DNA of 64,000 nucleotides from Candidatus Moraniibacteriota bacterium. Lineage in GTDB: Bacteria; Patescibacteriota; Minisyncoccia; Moranbacterales; GCA-2747515. The stretch's first letter is position 1. Each line of letters opens with the position of its first letter. The stretch spans positions 198,240 to 262,239 of the forward strand of contig CALNYG010000005.1 of the NCBI GenBank assembly GCA_942490825.1, given 5' to 3'. The translations under genes and the position numbers were made by a program. Below, piece after piece: positions 44,580 through 53,963 of the stretch. The notes under the pieces are model-generated. The model did not search any database and was not told where the DNA came from. It worked only from the letters and a program-made list of their open reading frames with translations.

Positions 44580-45871
44580 GGCTCTTTAACATCTTTGGGC
44601 AACTAAATTTAAGAAAATTGTCATCGGAAGAACACAAAATAATAATCTTTTACAAAAACGTTCAACATTTCTAATCCCAAAATGATTCCTTTTAATTCTT
44701 TCAAAATGATTATGAATTCCTTCAGTATAAGCATTAGTTGTTTTAGATAAATAATAATTTAATATTTCATCAAACCATCTTGTTAATGTATTAGCCAAAT
44801 CTTTCATATATTTTGATTCTGAAGTTTTACAAAGACTGATGACATATTTTAATTGTTTTTGAGCTTCTTTTCTGTTATTTTTCCAATATACTTTTCTGAG
44901 TTGATGAATTATTTTCCAACTTTGTTTTAACTTAGAACTTTAACAAAAACTTTTTCTAATTTATTAAATTCTTCAATTGTTAATTTGTGTGTAGGTATCA
45001 TCAGTAATTTATTTATTTTATAAGATTCATTGTTGATGTCTTGAAAAACTTTCTTTTGTTCTTTTAATAAAAAGACAGCCCACTGAATTATATGAAAATG
45101 ATCAATCACAATAACCGCATTAGGAAAACATTCTTTAATAATAGCTGGAAAAAAAGAGTCCATATCAATACATACTTCTTTAACTGCTAATCTAAATTTT
45201 AAATCAATTTTTAATAATTCTTTCAGCAATTCTTTTTGTGATAAATTTGGTAGAACACCTATCACCTCATTATCAATTAAATTAGTAATGTTAAAAACTT
45301 GTTTTCTTTTGCTAACTCCTTTGCCATCCATTCCAATTCTTTGAATAGATTTATCCCAAATTAATGAAGTATTTACCATTTCATCAATCATTCTCAGAGC
45401 CGACATAATGCTTATCTGTCTAGATCTAGCTAGTCCGCTATATGTGGTTTCTCTTAATTCTATGACAGAGTTTTTTTAAAAGCTGTGCTCATTTGTTGCC
45501 CTTTTTTAACTTGAGGTAAAGATTCTAAAGTTTCTTTTTATGTTTAGAAAATAAAATCTTCTTTGAGTAATAGCTATAAAAACTTTTTATTTTCAAACAT
45601 AGAATGAGCAATTATTCTATTTCTTTTTTGATTAATTTTTTTACTTACCTCATTTTTTAATTTAAATGAATTCTTTTGTAAATGACAATGTAAAATTATT
45701 TTATCATTTTTTTCTTCAAATTTATCTAAAATATATCCTTCTAAATTGAATATTTTTTTAATCTCTTTTTTTTGCATTTTTAAAATATTAAATTATTAAA
45801 ATAACTTAATATTTAAGCATAGAATTTAACAAATTTCAATACTTAGCTTTGCCCAAAGATGTTAAAGAGCC
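44580..45871 (-). mobile_element. ISL3-family insertion sequence, copy B (decayed, inverted relative to A), 1292 bp
   Basis: Same terminal IRs as copy A. Own 8-bp target duplication GTGAATTG at 44572-44579 and 45872-45879. Confidence 0.9.
44586..45777 (-). pseudogene. ISL3 transposase pseudogene (copy B)
   Basis: Split into three ORFs: 45777-45574, 45406-44927 and 44807-44586. Confidence 0.85.
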
Positions 45872-45944
45872 GTGAATTGTCATAATTTTATCTAAATTCC
45901 AAAACATCAATTACAGGTAAAACGCTGAATTTCAAAGAAAAAAA

Positions 45945-46913
45945 TTAAACCTCACTTATAACATCAAAACCTTTTACACTTCCAGTCAAAGCATAACCAT
46001 AAACTTTTTTAGCAATTTTAACCTTCTTTATTTTACAAGAGACCTGATTAAGTGTCGCCCCTGATCCTAAAGCATCATCTATTAACAAAACATTTTTATA
46101 AATATTATTTTCATCTACAAAGATAGTATTATCAGCATTTTCTATACGATCTTGTAATTTGTTTAAAGTTTTTTGTGGTGTCATAATTTCTGTTTGCACT
46201 TTCACTATTTTTATTTTTGGTAATGAAAGTTTTAAATTTTGCTCTAAAATTTTCATAAATTGCACTTGTCGTTTGACTGTAGGAGGGATAAAGCCTATGG
46301 CATCAACTTTGTTTTTTTTAATTAAATTTTTGACATCTGATTCAATATTTTCTATGACTTCTTTCATTATTTTTTTGTTTTGACTTTGTTTTGCGTACAA
46401 GAGTAATTGACCTAATTTTGTTTTACCAAAAATTTCCCAAGCATAAAAATCGGAAATAAAAACATCATCTAGACAAGTATTTTTTTTAAAAGTTTCTTCC
46501 AGCTTGTGTTTTGCTGAAATTATATTATTTTTTTTAAAAGCTAAATATTTATCATGTGTTTTTTTATATTCTTTGGATTTATTAATTGGTTCAAAATTTC
46601 TTTTTTCACACCATAAAACAAAGCCTTCTATTCCATTAAACCTTTTTCCTTGTGGAGAAATATATATAAAGTTATTTTCTATAATTTTTTCTATTTTTTT
46701 ATCAAAGGTAAAATCTTTTTTTCTATTTTTTTTAGATAAAGTGTAAAAAACTATCGGAGCAGAACCTATTTTTTGAATTTGTTTTTCTGCTAGTAAATTT
46801 TTTAAATGTCTATGCGTCATTTGAGATGAAATCCCTATTTTTTCGGAAATCTCTTTTACGGTTTGTTGCTCGCTTTTTTTGATAAGTGCAATTATTCTAT
46901 CTTTAGTGTTCAT
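45945..46913 (-). CDS. Winged-HTH / ComF-like phosphoribosyltransferase fusion protein
   Basis: N-terminal wHTH (TVKEISEKIGISSQMTHRHLKNLLAEKQIQKIG). ComF-like core with PRTase motif VLLIDDALGSGATL. It lacks the usual ComF N-terminal CxxC finger. Confidence 0.6.
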   Translation of the reverse strand: MNTKDRIIALIKKSEQQTVKEISEKIGISSQMTHRHLKNLLAEKQIQKIGSAPIVFYTLSKKNRKKDFTFDKKIEKIIENNFIYISPQGKRFNGIEGFVLWCEKRNFEPINKSKEYKKTHDKYLAFKKNNIISAKHKLEETFKKNTCLDDVFISDFYAWEIFGKTKLGQLLLYAKQSQNKKIMKEVIENIESDVKNLIKKNKVDAIGFIPPTVKRQVQFMKILEQNLKLSLPKIKIVKVQTEIMTPQKTLNKLQDRIENADNTIFVDENNIYKNVLLIDDALGSGATLNQVSCKIKKVKIAKKVYGYALTGSVKGFDVISEV

Positions 46914-47088
46914 AAATTTATAAATAATATAGATTATACTATTTGTAGTTTACTATAAACTATAAACTATGTCAATATTATTTTTTTATTTTATAAATTT
47001 TTTAGAAACGTTTCAAATAGTTTATAAAGCTCGTTCGTGAAAAATGTCCGTTCGTGCAAAGATTGTAATTTATAAATTTAAAAATATT

Positions 47089-47547
47089 TTAACTAATCAA
47101 TTCAACTAATTTAATTAAACTAAAGCTCAAAATAGCTCCAATTATAATTCCACCTGCCACTTCGTTAGTATAATGACCAACATGTTCTTTTAGGTGAGGA
47201 AATTTCTTTTTATCAACTCCTAATTCTTTTATTAAGTTATTTAAGGTTTTTCCTTGAATACCGATTTGCATTCTGATTCGCATTGCATCGTAAATAGTGA
47301 TAAAAGCAAAACACATTGCAATGGCAAATTCACTGGAATGAGAATTGTCACCAGAATAAACGCCAACGCAAATTACTAGGGAAGTTACGAAGGCACTGTG
47401 GGCACTTGGGAAATGTCCTGGTTCGAAGATGTTGTTCCAATTGAATCCGTATTTTATTGCTAGTCGAGTGAATTTTATTAGTTGAGTTGCTAATATTATA
47501 ATAACTGGAATTATGAATATTTTGTGTTCGAGGATTAGTTCTAACAT
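47089..47547 (-). CDS. Divergent PAP2 family (YuiD/DUF212-like) membrane protein
   Basis: GHFPSAHSAFVTSL and YDAMRIRMQIG motifs. Confidence 0.75.
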   Translation of the reverse strand: MLELILEHKIFIIPVIIILATQLIKFTRLAIKYGFNWNNIFEPGHFPSAHSAFVTSLVICVGVYSGDNSHSSEFAIAMCFAFITIYDAMRIRMQIGIQGKTLNNLIKELGVDKKKFPHLKEHVGHYTNEVAGGIIIGAILSFSLIKLVELIS

Positions 47548-47613
47548 ATTTTTATTGGGAAGAATTATTTTTTTAGTGATTTTATTATAGCATAAGCAAA
47601 AAAGTCTAAATGT

Positions 47614-47808
47614 ATGTCATCTCGGAAAATATATTTTCTTTTCGAGTGTGGCGAGAAATTAGAAAATAATTTATCCGTGATCCAGAAATTTTAAAATCAT
47701 AATTAAATTTTGGAGTTTAGTTTTTTGCTGGTAGTTTCTGGATACCGGATAGACGAATTTAAATCAATCGCTACGCTCTTGAATAAATTCTGTCTTCCGG
47801 CATGACAT
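47614..47808 (+). mobile_element. ~195-bp MITE, copy 1 (termini ATGTCAT..ATGACAT)
   Basis: Aligns over its full length with 48803-48999 (+) and 62316-62530 (-). Imperfect terminal IRs ATGTCATCTCGGAA / ATGTCATGCCGGAA. Confidence 0.8.
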
Positions 47809-47942
47809 GTCTGGGAGTTGACTATGAATTATTGTAGGAATTCAAAATGCTGAATGGTGAAAAGCCCGTGCGGCGAGCACTATTTTTTTATTTAATTTTT
47901 TAAACATGTTATAATTTAACTGTAATTTAATAAAATAAAACT

Positions 47943-48524
47943 ATGGGTATTTTTGGTTTATTGATCGGAGGAATCGTTTTATTGGCGGTTTTTGTGGCGG
48001 TGATTTATAATGGTTTGGTGAAATTGCGGATGCGGGTGAATGAGGGGTGGAGTGATATTGAGGTGCAATTGAAACGGCGGTATGATTTGATTCCGAATTT
48101 GGTGGAGACGGTGAAGGGCTATGCGAAACATGAGTCGGAGACTTTGAAGGGTGTGATGGAGGCGCGATCGAAGGCGACGCAGATTTCGATTGATCCGAGT
48201 AAGGCGACGGCTGAGGATATGGCGGCTTTTTCTTCTGCTCAGGAGGGTTTGTCTGGGGTTTTGGGACGGCTTTTTGCGGTTTCGGAGAATTATCCGGATT
48301 TGAAGGCTAATCAGAATTTTATGCAATTGCAGAATGATTTGACTGATACGGAGGATAAGATCCAGGCGTCTCGGCGGTTTTATAATGGGACGGTGAAGGA
48401 TTTTAATACGAAGGTTGAGTTGTTTCCGAGTAATGTTATTGCGGGGATGTTTAGTTTTGGGAAGCGGGAGTTTTTTGAGATTAGTGATGAAAAGGAAAGG
48501 GAGAATGTTAAGGTTAGTTTTTAG
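47943..48524 (+). CDS. lemA: LemA family protein
   Basis: N-terminal TM helix, YNGLVKLRMRVNEGWSDIEVQLKRRYDLIPNLVETVKGYA, ENYPDLKANQNF, RRFYNGTVKDFN. Confidence 0.92.
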   Translation: MGIFGLLIGGIVLLAVFVAVIYNGLVKLRMRVNEGWSDIEVQLKRRYDLIPNLVETVKGYAKHESETLKGVMEARSKATQISIDPSKATAEDMAAFSSAQEGLSGVLGRLFAVSENYPDLKANQNFMQLQNDLTDTEDKIQASRRFYNGTVKDFNTKVELFPSNVIAGMFSFGKREFFEISDEKERENVKVSF

Positions 48525-48591
48525 TTATTTTTGTGCTCGCCGCACGGGCTTTTTGGGAGGGGAGTTTTAAGCAATAATTTAAAAAATATTT

Positions 48592-48759
48592 ATGGAATCA
48601 TCGTATGTAATAATTTTTTGTTTGGTTATTATAGCTGGATTTTTATTTGATATTAAAAAAATCATTAAAGAATATTGTGATAAAATGGAAGGAAATTTAG
48701 AATACAATATTGAACAAGCTATTAGAAAAAGTAGAAAAAATGATGAATATGATTTGTAA
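48592..48759 (+). CDS. Small hypothetical membrane protein (55 aa)
   Basis: Below the track cutoff. MESSYVIIFCLVIIAGFLFDIKKIIKEYCDKMEGNLEYNIEQAIRKSRKNDEYDL; lies between lemA and htpX. Confidence 0.3.
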   Translation: MESSYVIIFCLVIIAGFLFDIKKIIKEYCDKMEGNLEYNIEQAIRKSRKNDEYDL

Positions 48760-48802
48760 TTTTTAAATAAAAAATTCAGTTATTTTCTGAAGTCTTTTAA
48801 AT

Positions 48803-48999
48803 ATGTCATCTCGGAAAATATATTTTCTTTTCGAACGGAGTGAGAAACTAGAAAATAATTTATCCGTGATCCAGAAACTTTAAAATTATAATTAAATTTT
48901 GGAGTTTAGTTTTTTTCTTGTAATTTCTGGATACCAGATAGACTAATTTGTATTCAATCGCTGTCGCTCTTGAACAAATTATGTCTTCTGGTATGACAT
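48803..48999 (+). mobile_element. ~195-bp MITE, copy 2
   Basis: See copy 1. Its right end reads AATGTCATACCAG on the opposite strand. Confidence 0.8.
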
Positions 49000-49056
49000 T
49001 ACGGGAGATTTTTTAAAATAAAAACATTCTAATTTCTCAATTCTAAATTCACCAAA

Positions 49057-49941
49057 ATGGCAACACTATATACTCAAAGCACAAAAAATATACGAAACAC
49101 TTGGATATTACTAACATCCTTTTTTGCTTTAATAATTGCATTAGGGTATGTCTTTTCAATTGTTCTGGAGCGACCAGATATTATAATTATTGCAGTGGTT
49201 GTCGCAGTATTTTCCAGTGTTGGAACATATTGGTTTTCCGATAAAATGGTTTTATCCATGACAGGAGCAAAAGAGGTAACTCGAGAAAATGCTCAAGAAA
49301 TTTATAATATTGTGGATAATTTAACAATTGCGGCTGGATTGCCGACACCGAAAATTTATGTTATTGATGATCAAGCGATGAATGCTTTTGCCACAGGACG
49401 AGATCCGAAACATAGCGTTATCGCTTTTACTCGTGGATTATTAGAAAGATTAGATAAGGAAGAAATTCGTGGAGTGGCGGCACATGAACTTTCTCACATT
49501 GGAAATCGGGATATGTTGATTGGAACAATGGCGGTGGTTCTGGCGGGCGTGGTGGCGATTGCTTCTCGATTTATGTTTAATTCGATGCTTTTTGGCGGAG
49601 GTTCTCGAGAGAAAAAAGATAATCCTGCGATTTTGATTTTATCTTTACTTTTAATTTTGGTGGCTCCGCTTTTTGCGACTCTTTTGCGGTTGGCGGTTTC
49701 TCGGAAACGTGAATTTTTAGCGGATTCTTCGGCGGCTTTATTGACTCGTTATCCTGAAGGTTTGGCGTCGGCTTTGGAAAAGATCAGCGGTGATAATTTG
49801 GTTTTGGAAAAAAATAATCGATCGGTGGCTCATTTATTTATTAGTAATCCGTTGAAAGGTAAAAAAGTTTCTAAGTTATTTTCTACTCATCCGCCAGTTG
49901 AAGAGAGGATTGCAAAGTTGCGGGAGGCAGACAAAGGGTAA
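49057..49941 (+). CDS. htpX: Zinc metalloprotease HtpX (M48)
   Basis: HELSHIGNRD (HExxH), four TM segments, EFLADSSAA, STHPPVEERI. Confidence 0.93.
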   Translation: MATLYTQSTKNIRNTWILLTSFFALIIALGYVFSIVLERPDIIIIAVVVAVFSSVGTYWFSDKMVLSMTGAKEVTRENAQEIYNIVDNLTIAAGLPTPKIYVIDDQAMNAFATGRDPKHSVIAFTRGLLERLDKEEIRGVAAHELSHIGNRDMLIGTMAVVLAGVVAIASRFMFNSMLFGGGSREKKDNPAILILSLLLILVAPLFATLLRLAVSRKREFLADSSAALLTRYPEGLASALEKISGDNLVLEKNNRSVAHLFISNPLKGKKVSKLFSTHPPVEERIAKLREADKG

Positions 49942-50393
49942 TTTACAATTTTCAATTTAAAATTTTCAAACAATGCTTAATTAAATAATGTTTTAAATTT
50001 AGAATGTATGCAGTATGATTTGCAGGAGAGAACTACACAATTTAGTAAGGATATGATTGCTTTAATTAAGAGTTTAAAAATTAATTTTTTGAATCGTAAT
50101 ATTTTGGATCAATTAATACGTTCGGCGACGAGTGTGGGCGCGAATTATTGTGAGGCAAATGGAGCGAGTTCAAAAAAAGATTTTCGTAATAAGATTCATA
50201 TTTGTAAAAAAGAAATTCAGGAAACTAAATATTGGCTTGAATTACTGGGTGAGGTGGTTGATGAAAAACAAAAGAATGATGTTAGAATTTCATGGAAAGA
50301 GGCACATGAATTAACATTAATTTTTAATAAGATATCAGGATCATTAAAGAATTAGAAATTGTTTGAAAATTTTAAATTGAAAATTGTAAATTA
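49939..50393. repeat. 36-bp perfect inverted repeat pair bracketing the four-helix-bundle gene
   Basis: TAATTTACAATTTTCAATTTAAAATTTTCAAACAAT at 49939-49974; its exact reverse complement at 50358-50393. Confidence 0.9.
50008..50355 (+). CDS. Four-helix-bundle protein (23S rRNA intervening-sequence protein family, TIGR02436-like)
   Basis: QLIRSATSVGANYCEANGASSKKDFRNKIHICKKEIQETKYWLELL. Confidence 0.85.
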   Translation: MQYDLQERTTQFSKDMIALIKSLKINFLNRNILDQLIRSATSVGANYCEANGASSKKDFRNKIHICKKEIQETKYWLELLGEVVDEKQKNDVRISWKEAHELTLIFNKISGSLKN

Positions 50394-50402
50394 TATTATA
50401 TT

Positions 50403-50825
50403 ATGCAGTGGAAATTTCCGGAGAATACGGATAAATATTATTGGACGGGGCATGCGAAGTTAAAAATGCGGCATTATGGTTTGTCAGCTCAGCGGATTAA
50501 GCGGGTGCTTTTGCGACCGATGAGGACTGAGGAGGGGATTGCGGAAAAGACTATTGCAGTGATGCAGCCACAGTCGACTCGGCGAGGTGAAAATGGTGAG
50601 AAGGATTGGAAGAGCGAGATTTGGGTGATGTATCGGATGAAGTCGAAAAATTCTAAAAAGGATTTTGGTGGTGTGAAAGTTGATAATGATTTTTCAAAAA
50701 TGTCGAGTGGTTTTAAAAGTGGGCAAACTGTGATTATTAGTGCTTGGCGGTATCCTGGAAAGACGAAAGAAGGCGAAGGTTTGCCTGATGGGATTTTGAA
50801 TGAGATTGGGGAATGTGAGGTTTGA
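50403..50825 (+). CDS. Hypothetical protein, DUF4258-like N-terminus (possible toxin-fold)
   Basis: YYWTGHAKLKMRHYGLSAQRIKRVL resembles the HAxxRMxxRGI..V pattern of DUF4258. Motif-level only. Confidence 0.35.
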   Translation: MQWKFPENTDKYYWTGHAKLKMRHYGLSAQRIKRVLLRPMRTEEGIAEKTIAVMQPQSTRRGENGEKDWKSEIWVMYRMKSKNSKKDFGGVKVDNDFSKMSSGFKSGQTVIISAWRYPGKTKEGEGLPDGILNEIGECEV

Positions 50826-50856
50826 ACTTTTGACGGATTTAATTTAAAAAATAATT

Positions 50857-51165
50857 ATGAGTGAAAATATGCAACAAGAAAATGAAATATTTGAAAAATT
50901 TAAAGAAATTAAAAGAAAACAATACATTGTAACCGCCCCAATAATATTAGTTTTTATTTTATTGATGATTTTATATGAAAATCCAGATTTTGAAATATTT
51001 GGTTTAGGTGAAAATATTTTGCTGCCGATTGCGATAGTTGGTGTAGTTGCAGGTCTTATTTTTTCTTTAATAAATTGGAGGTGCCCAGCTTGTAATGGTT
51101 ATTTTAGAAAAGAAATTAATCCTAAATTTTGTGCGAAGTGCGGGGTTAAATTGCGAGAAAATTAA
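50857..51165 (+). CDS. Small membrane protein with C-terminal zinc ribbon
   Basis: Two TM helices, then CPACNG..CAKCG. Confidence 0.5.
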   Translation: MSENMQQENEIFEKFKEIKRKQYIVTAPIILVFILLMILYENPDFEIFGLGENILLPIAIVGVVAGLIFSLINWRCPACNGYFRKEINPKFCAKCGVKLREN

Positions 51166-51275
51166 AAATTTTACAATAAATATTATTTATAAAATTTTCC
51201 CAAAAATAAAAAATACTGTTATAATTAAATTGTAGCGGTATTTTTTAAACTTTATAATTAATTAAAAGTAAAACC

Positions 51276-51674
51276 ATGGAAGAAAACAAAACACAAGGTG
51301 AAGAAGTTGAAGCAGAAAAAGTTGTTTCTGAAGAACAACAAAATTCATCTTCATCAGAAAATGCAGAACAAAGTGATGCAGAAAAAAATAAAGGGATGGC
51401 TATAGTATCTTATTTTATATTTTTTTTACCGTTATTAACAGATGCGAAAGATAGTCCATTTGCAAAATTTCATGCAAATCAAAGTTTAGTGTTATTTTTA
51501 TTTATGATTATAGTTAATTTTCTTGGAGCATTTATTCCGTTATTGGGATGGTTTTTAATATGGCCAATTGGTTTAGTTATGGGAATGGTATTTTTTATTT
51601 TAGGAATAATTAATGCGAGCAATGAAGAAATGAAAAAATTACCATTGATTGGTGGAATTAATATTATTACTTAA
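51276..51674 (+). CDS. DUF4870-like membrane protein, paralog 1
   Basis: KNKGMAIVSYFIFFLPLLTDAKDSPFAKFHANQSLVLFL. Confidence 0.65.
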   Translation: MEENKTQGEEVEAEKVVSEEQQNSSSSENAEQSDAEKNKGMAIVSYFIFFLPLLTDAKDSPFAKFHANQSLVLFLFMIIVNFLGAFIPLLGWFLIWPIGLVMGMVFFILGIINASNEEMKKLPLIGGINIIT

Positions 51675-51794
51675 TTTAAATTTATTATTATAAAATAGTC
51701 TATGCAGATGGACTGTTTGTGTTTTTTAATGTATAATCCAAAGTATATTTTTTAAAATGAATATATAATAAAATTAGAAAAGGAGGTGAAAAAT

Positions 51795-52118
51795 ATGGAA
51801 GAACAAAATGTAAATATGGAAGATGTAAAGAAAAATAAAATGATGGCAATTGTTGCCTATTTTTTGTTTTTTGTGCCGTTATTAACAGATGCAAAAACAA
51901 GTCCATTTGCTAGGTTTCATGCAAATCAGGGATTGAATTTGTTGATTTTTTCTGTTGTAGTTAATATTGTCGCTGGCTTTTTGGCTTTTATTCCTTTTAT
52001 CGGATTAATTGTCTATGTAGCAACATTGGCACTTTTAGTTATAGGAGTGATGAATGCTAATAAAGGTGAAATGAAAAAATTACCAGTAATTGGTGGAGTA
52101 TTTAATTTTATCAAATAA
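51795..52118 (+). CDS. DUF4870-like membrane protein, paralog 2
   Basis: KNKMMAIVAYFLFFVPLLTDAKTSPFARFHANQGLNLLI. ATG 51795 is preceded by AAGGAGG; the track GTG start 51786 overlaps the RBS. Confidence 0.65.
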   Translation: MEEQNVNMEDVKKNKMMAIVAYFLFFVPLLTDAKTSPFARFHANQGLNLLIFSVVVNIVAGFLAFIPFIGLIVYVATLALLVIGVMNANKGEMKKLPVIGGVFNFIK

Positions 52119-52347
52119 TTTTTTATTTGATAATTTGCAATTTAGGCAGGTTGTTCTTTTGAACAATCTGTTTTTTTGTTCTATAATAAAAATAAGTGAA
52201 TATAATAATATAAAAAGATTTGCAAAAAATATATTTGCAGAATTGATTTAAATTTATTGTAATTTAAAAGCTTTGTGATTTTCTATAAATTATTTTATTT
52301 ATAATAATAGGAAGTTTGAAAGTTGTTAATTTGCTAAAAATAATAAA

Positions 52348-53793
52348 ATGAATATAGATATAAAGAGAACAAAAATTGTAGCAACTATTGGACCAGCTTC
52401 GGAGGATACAGATACATTAAAACATATGATTGAGAGTGGGATGAATGTGGCTCGATTTAATTTTTCTCATGGAGAACATGAATGGCATAAGCGAGTAATG
52501 AAAAATGTACGAAAAGTTTCTCGGAAATTAAATAAACCGATAGCAATTGTTGCGGATTTGCAAGGGCCTCGGGTGAGAACTTTAGTTAAGGACTCAATTA
52601 AAATTAAAAAGGGTGATGTAGTTAGGGTTTTTGATGTTAGTACTATATCGAAAGAAAAATCTATTAATGAAGAGGAAGATAAAGTTGTTACTTTGGACTG
52701 TCCAGGGATTTTAAAATTTTTGTCAGTTGGAAGTGAAATTTTAATTGAAGATGGAATTATAAAAATCAAAGTTATAGATGTGGTGGATACGCATATTTTA
52801 GCGGAAGTAATTAATGGTGATGAAATAAAAAATCATAAAGGTGTTAATATTCCAGACGTTGATATTCCATTGCCGACTTTGACTAGAAAAGATTATCAGG
52901 ATTTGGAGTTTGCTCTGGGGCAAGACGTTGATTATATTGCTATGTCATTTGTTAGGAACGCGGAAAGTTTGATAGAAGCCCGAAAGTATATGAAAAAAAT
53001 TTTGGGAGAGTTTTATAAAATTCCGAAAATTATTTCTAAAATTGAAGCAAAGCAAGCGATAAAAAATTTAGATGAAATTATTAAAGTATCAGATGCGATC
53101 ATGGTGGCTCGAGGTGATTTGGGTATTGAAGTAAGTCAGCATCGAGTTTCTTTGCTATCAAAGGAGATTATTAAAAAATCAAGGAGCTATTTAAAACCGG
53201 TTATTGTGGCAACTCAAATGTTAGCTAGTATGGAGAAGAATGCACGGCCAACTCGAGCAGAGATATCGGATGTTACTAATGCAGTAGTTGATCATGCTGA
53301 TGCGGTTATGTTATCAGCAGAATCAAGTGTTGGTGATTATCCAATTGAGTCAGTGGGGACAATGGCGGAGATTGCAATGGAGACAGAAGTTTCTACTTTT
53401 GATGATTTAAAGAATTTTGCCCCGATTGGTTTTGTATCAGATGAGGTAAAAATTTCGCAAAGTGCCTATTTATTTGCTAGAGAAATGGATGCAAAGGCTA
53501 TAGTTCTTTTTTCTGAGACAGGTTATACTGCAAGGTTAATTTCTCATTTTCGTCCAGATTTTTTAATTTTATCGGCCACAGATAACATGAAAACTTATCA
53601 GCAACTTTCTCTAGCATGGGGTATTCGTCCGTATCTTTGTGATAATTTTGAGAGTCGTAAAGATGCAATTAAAGATTTAATTAGTAAAACTAAAGATTCT
53701 CGTTTGCTAAGTAAAAATGATTTAGTTATTTCAGTTGCAGGTTCGACTAAAAGCGGTAAAGAATTAAAATTGACAGGTTCTAGAATTATTTAA
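52348..53793 (+). CDS. pyk: Pyruvate kinase
   Basis: KRTKIVATIGPAS, MNVARFNFSHG, DLQGPRVR, MVARGDLGIEV, VATQMLASM. Confidence 0.95.
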   Translation: MNIDIKRTKIVATIGPASEDTDTLKHMIESGMNVARFNFSHGEHEWHKRVMKNVRKVSRKLNKPIAIVADLQGPRVRTLVKDSIKIKKGDVVRVFDVSTISKEKSINEEEDKVVTLDCPGILKFLSVGSEILIEDGIIKIKVIDVVDTHILAEVINGDEIKNHKGVNIPDVDIPLPTLTRKDYQDLEFALGQDVDYIAMSFVRNAESLIEARKYMKKILGEFYKIPKIISKIEAKQAIKNLDEIIKVSDAIMVARGDLGIEVSQHRVSLLSKEIIKKSRSYLKPVIVATQMLASMEKNARPTRAEISDVTNAVVDHADAVMLSAESSVGDYPIESVGTMAEIAMETEVSTFDDLKNFAPIGFVSDEVKISQSAYLFAREMDAKAIVLFSETGYTARLISHFRPDFLILSATDNMKTYQQLSLAWGIRPYLCDNFESRKDAIKDLISKTKDSRLLSKNDLVISVAGSTKSGKELKLTGSRII

Positions 53794-53925
53794 AAATAAA
53801 TTTTCAAATCTTCAAACATTTAGACTTTGTAGAGACATTACATGGTAATGTCTCTTGGTGAATAATAATTCTAAATTTTCAAATATTTTATTTTTGACAA
53901 GAAAATTACTAGTTATTAATTTTTC

Positions 53926-53954
53926 TTGATATTTTCTTGATGAATTGTTAATAT
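53926..53954 (+). promoter_or_regulatory. Sigma70-type promoter for tRNA-Ser(GGA): TTGATA-17-TAATAT
   Basis: TTGATA 53926-53931 and TAATAT 53949-53954, 9 nt upstream of the tRNA 5' end. Confidence 0.55.
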
Positions 53955-53963
53955 GATTGAGAC

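Noticed and set aside
42317-45871. A mobile composite transposon formed by the two ISL3 copies.
   Set aside because: Each copy has its own matching 8-bp target duplication and both transposases are inactivated. There is no evidence the unit moved as a whole. It is reported only as a bracketing arrangement.
45880-45944. Remnant of a second metallophosphoesterase gene (CCTGTAATTGATGTTTTGGAATTTAGATAA resembles the 3' end of 43618-44502).
   Set aside because: The similarity spans only about 30 nt and the upstream frame closes after about 15 codons. It is more simply part of a duplicated intergenic target region than a decayed gene.
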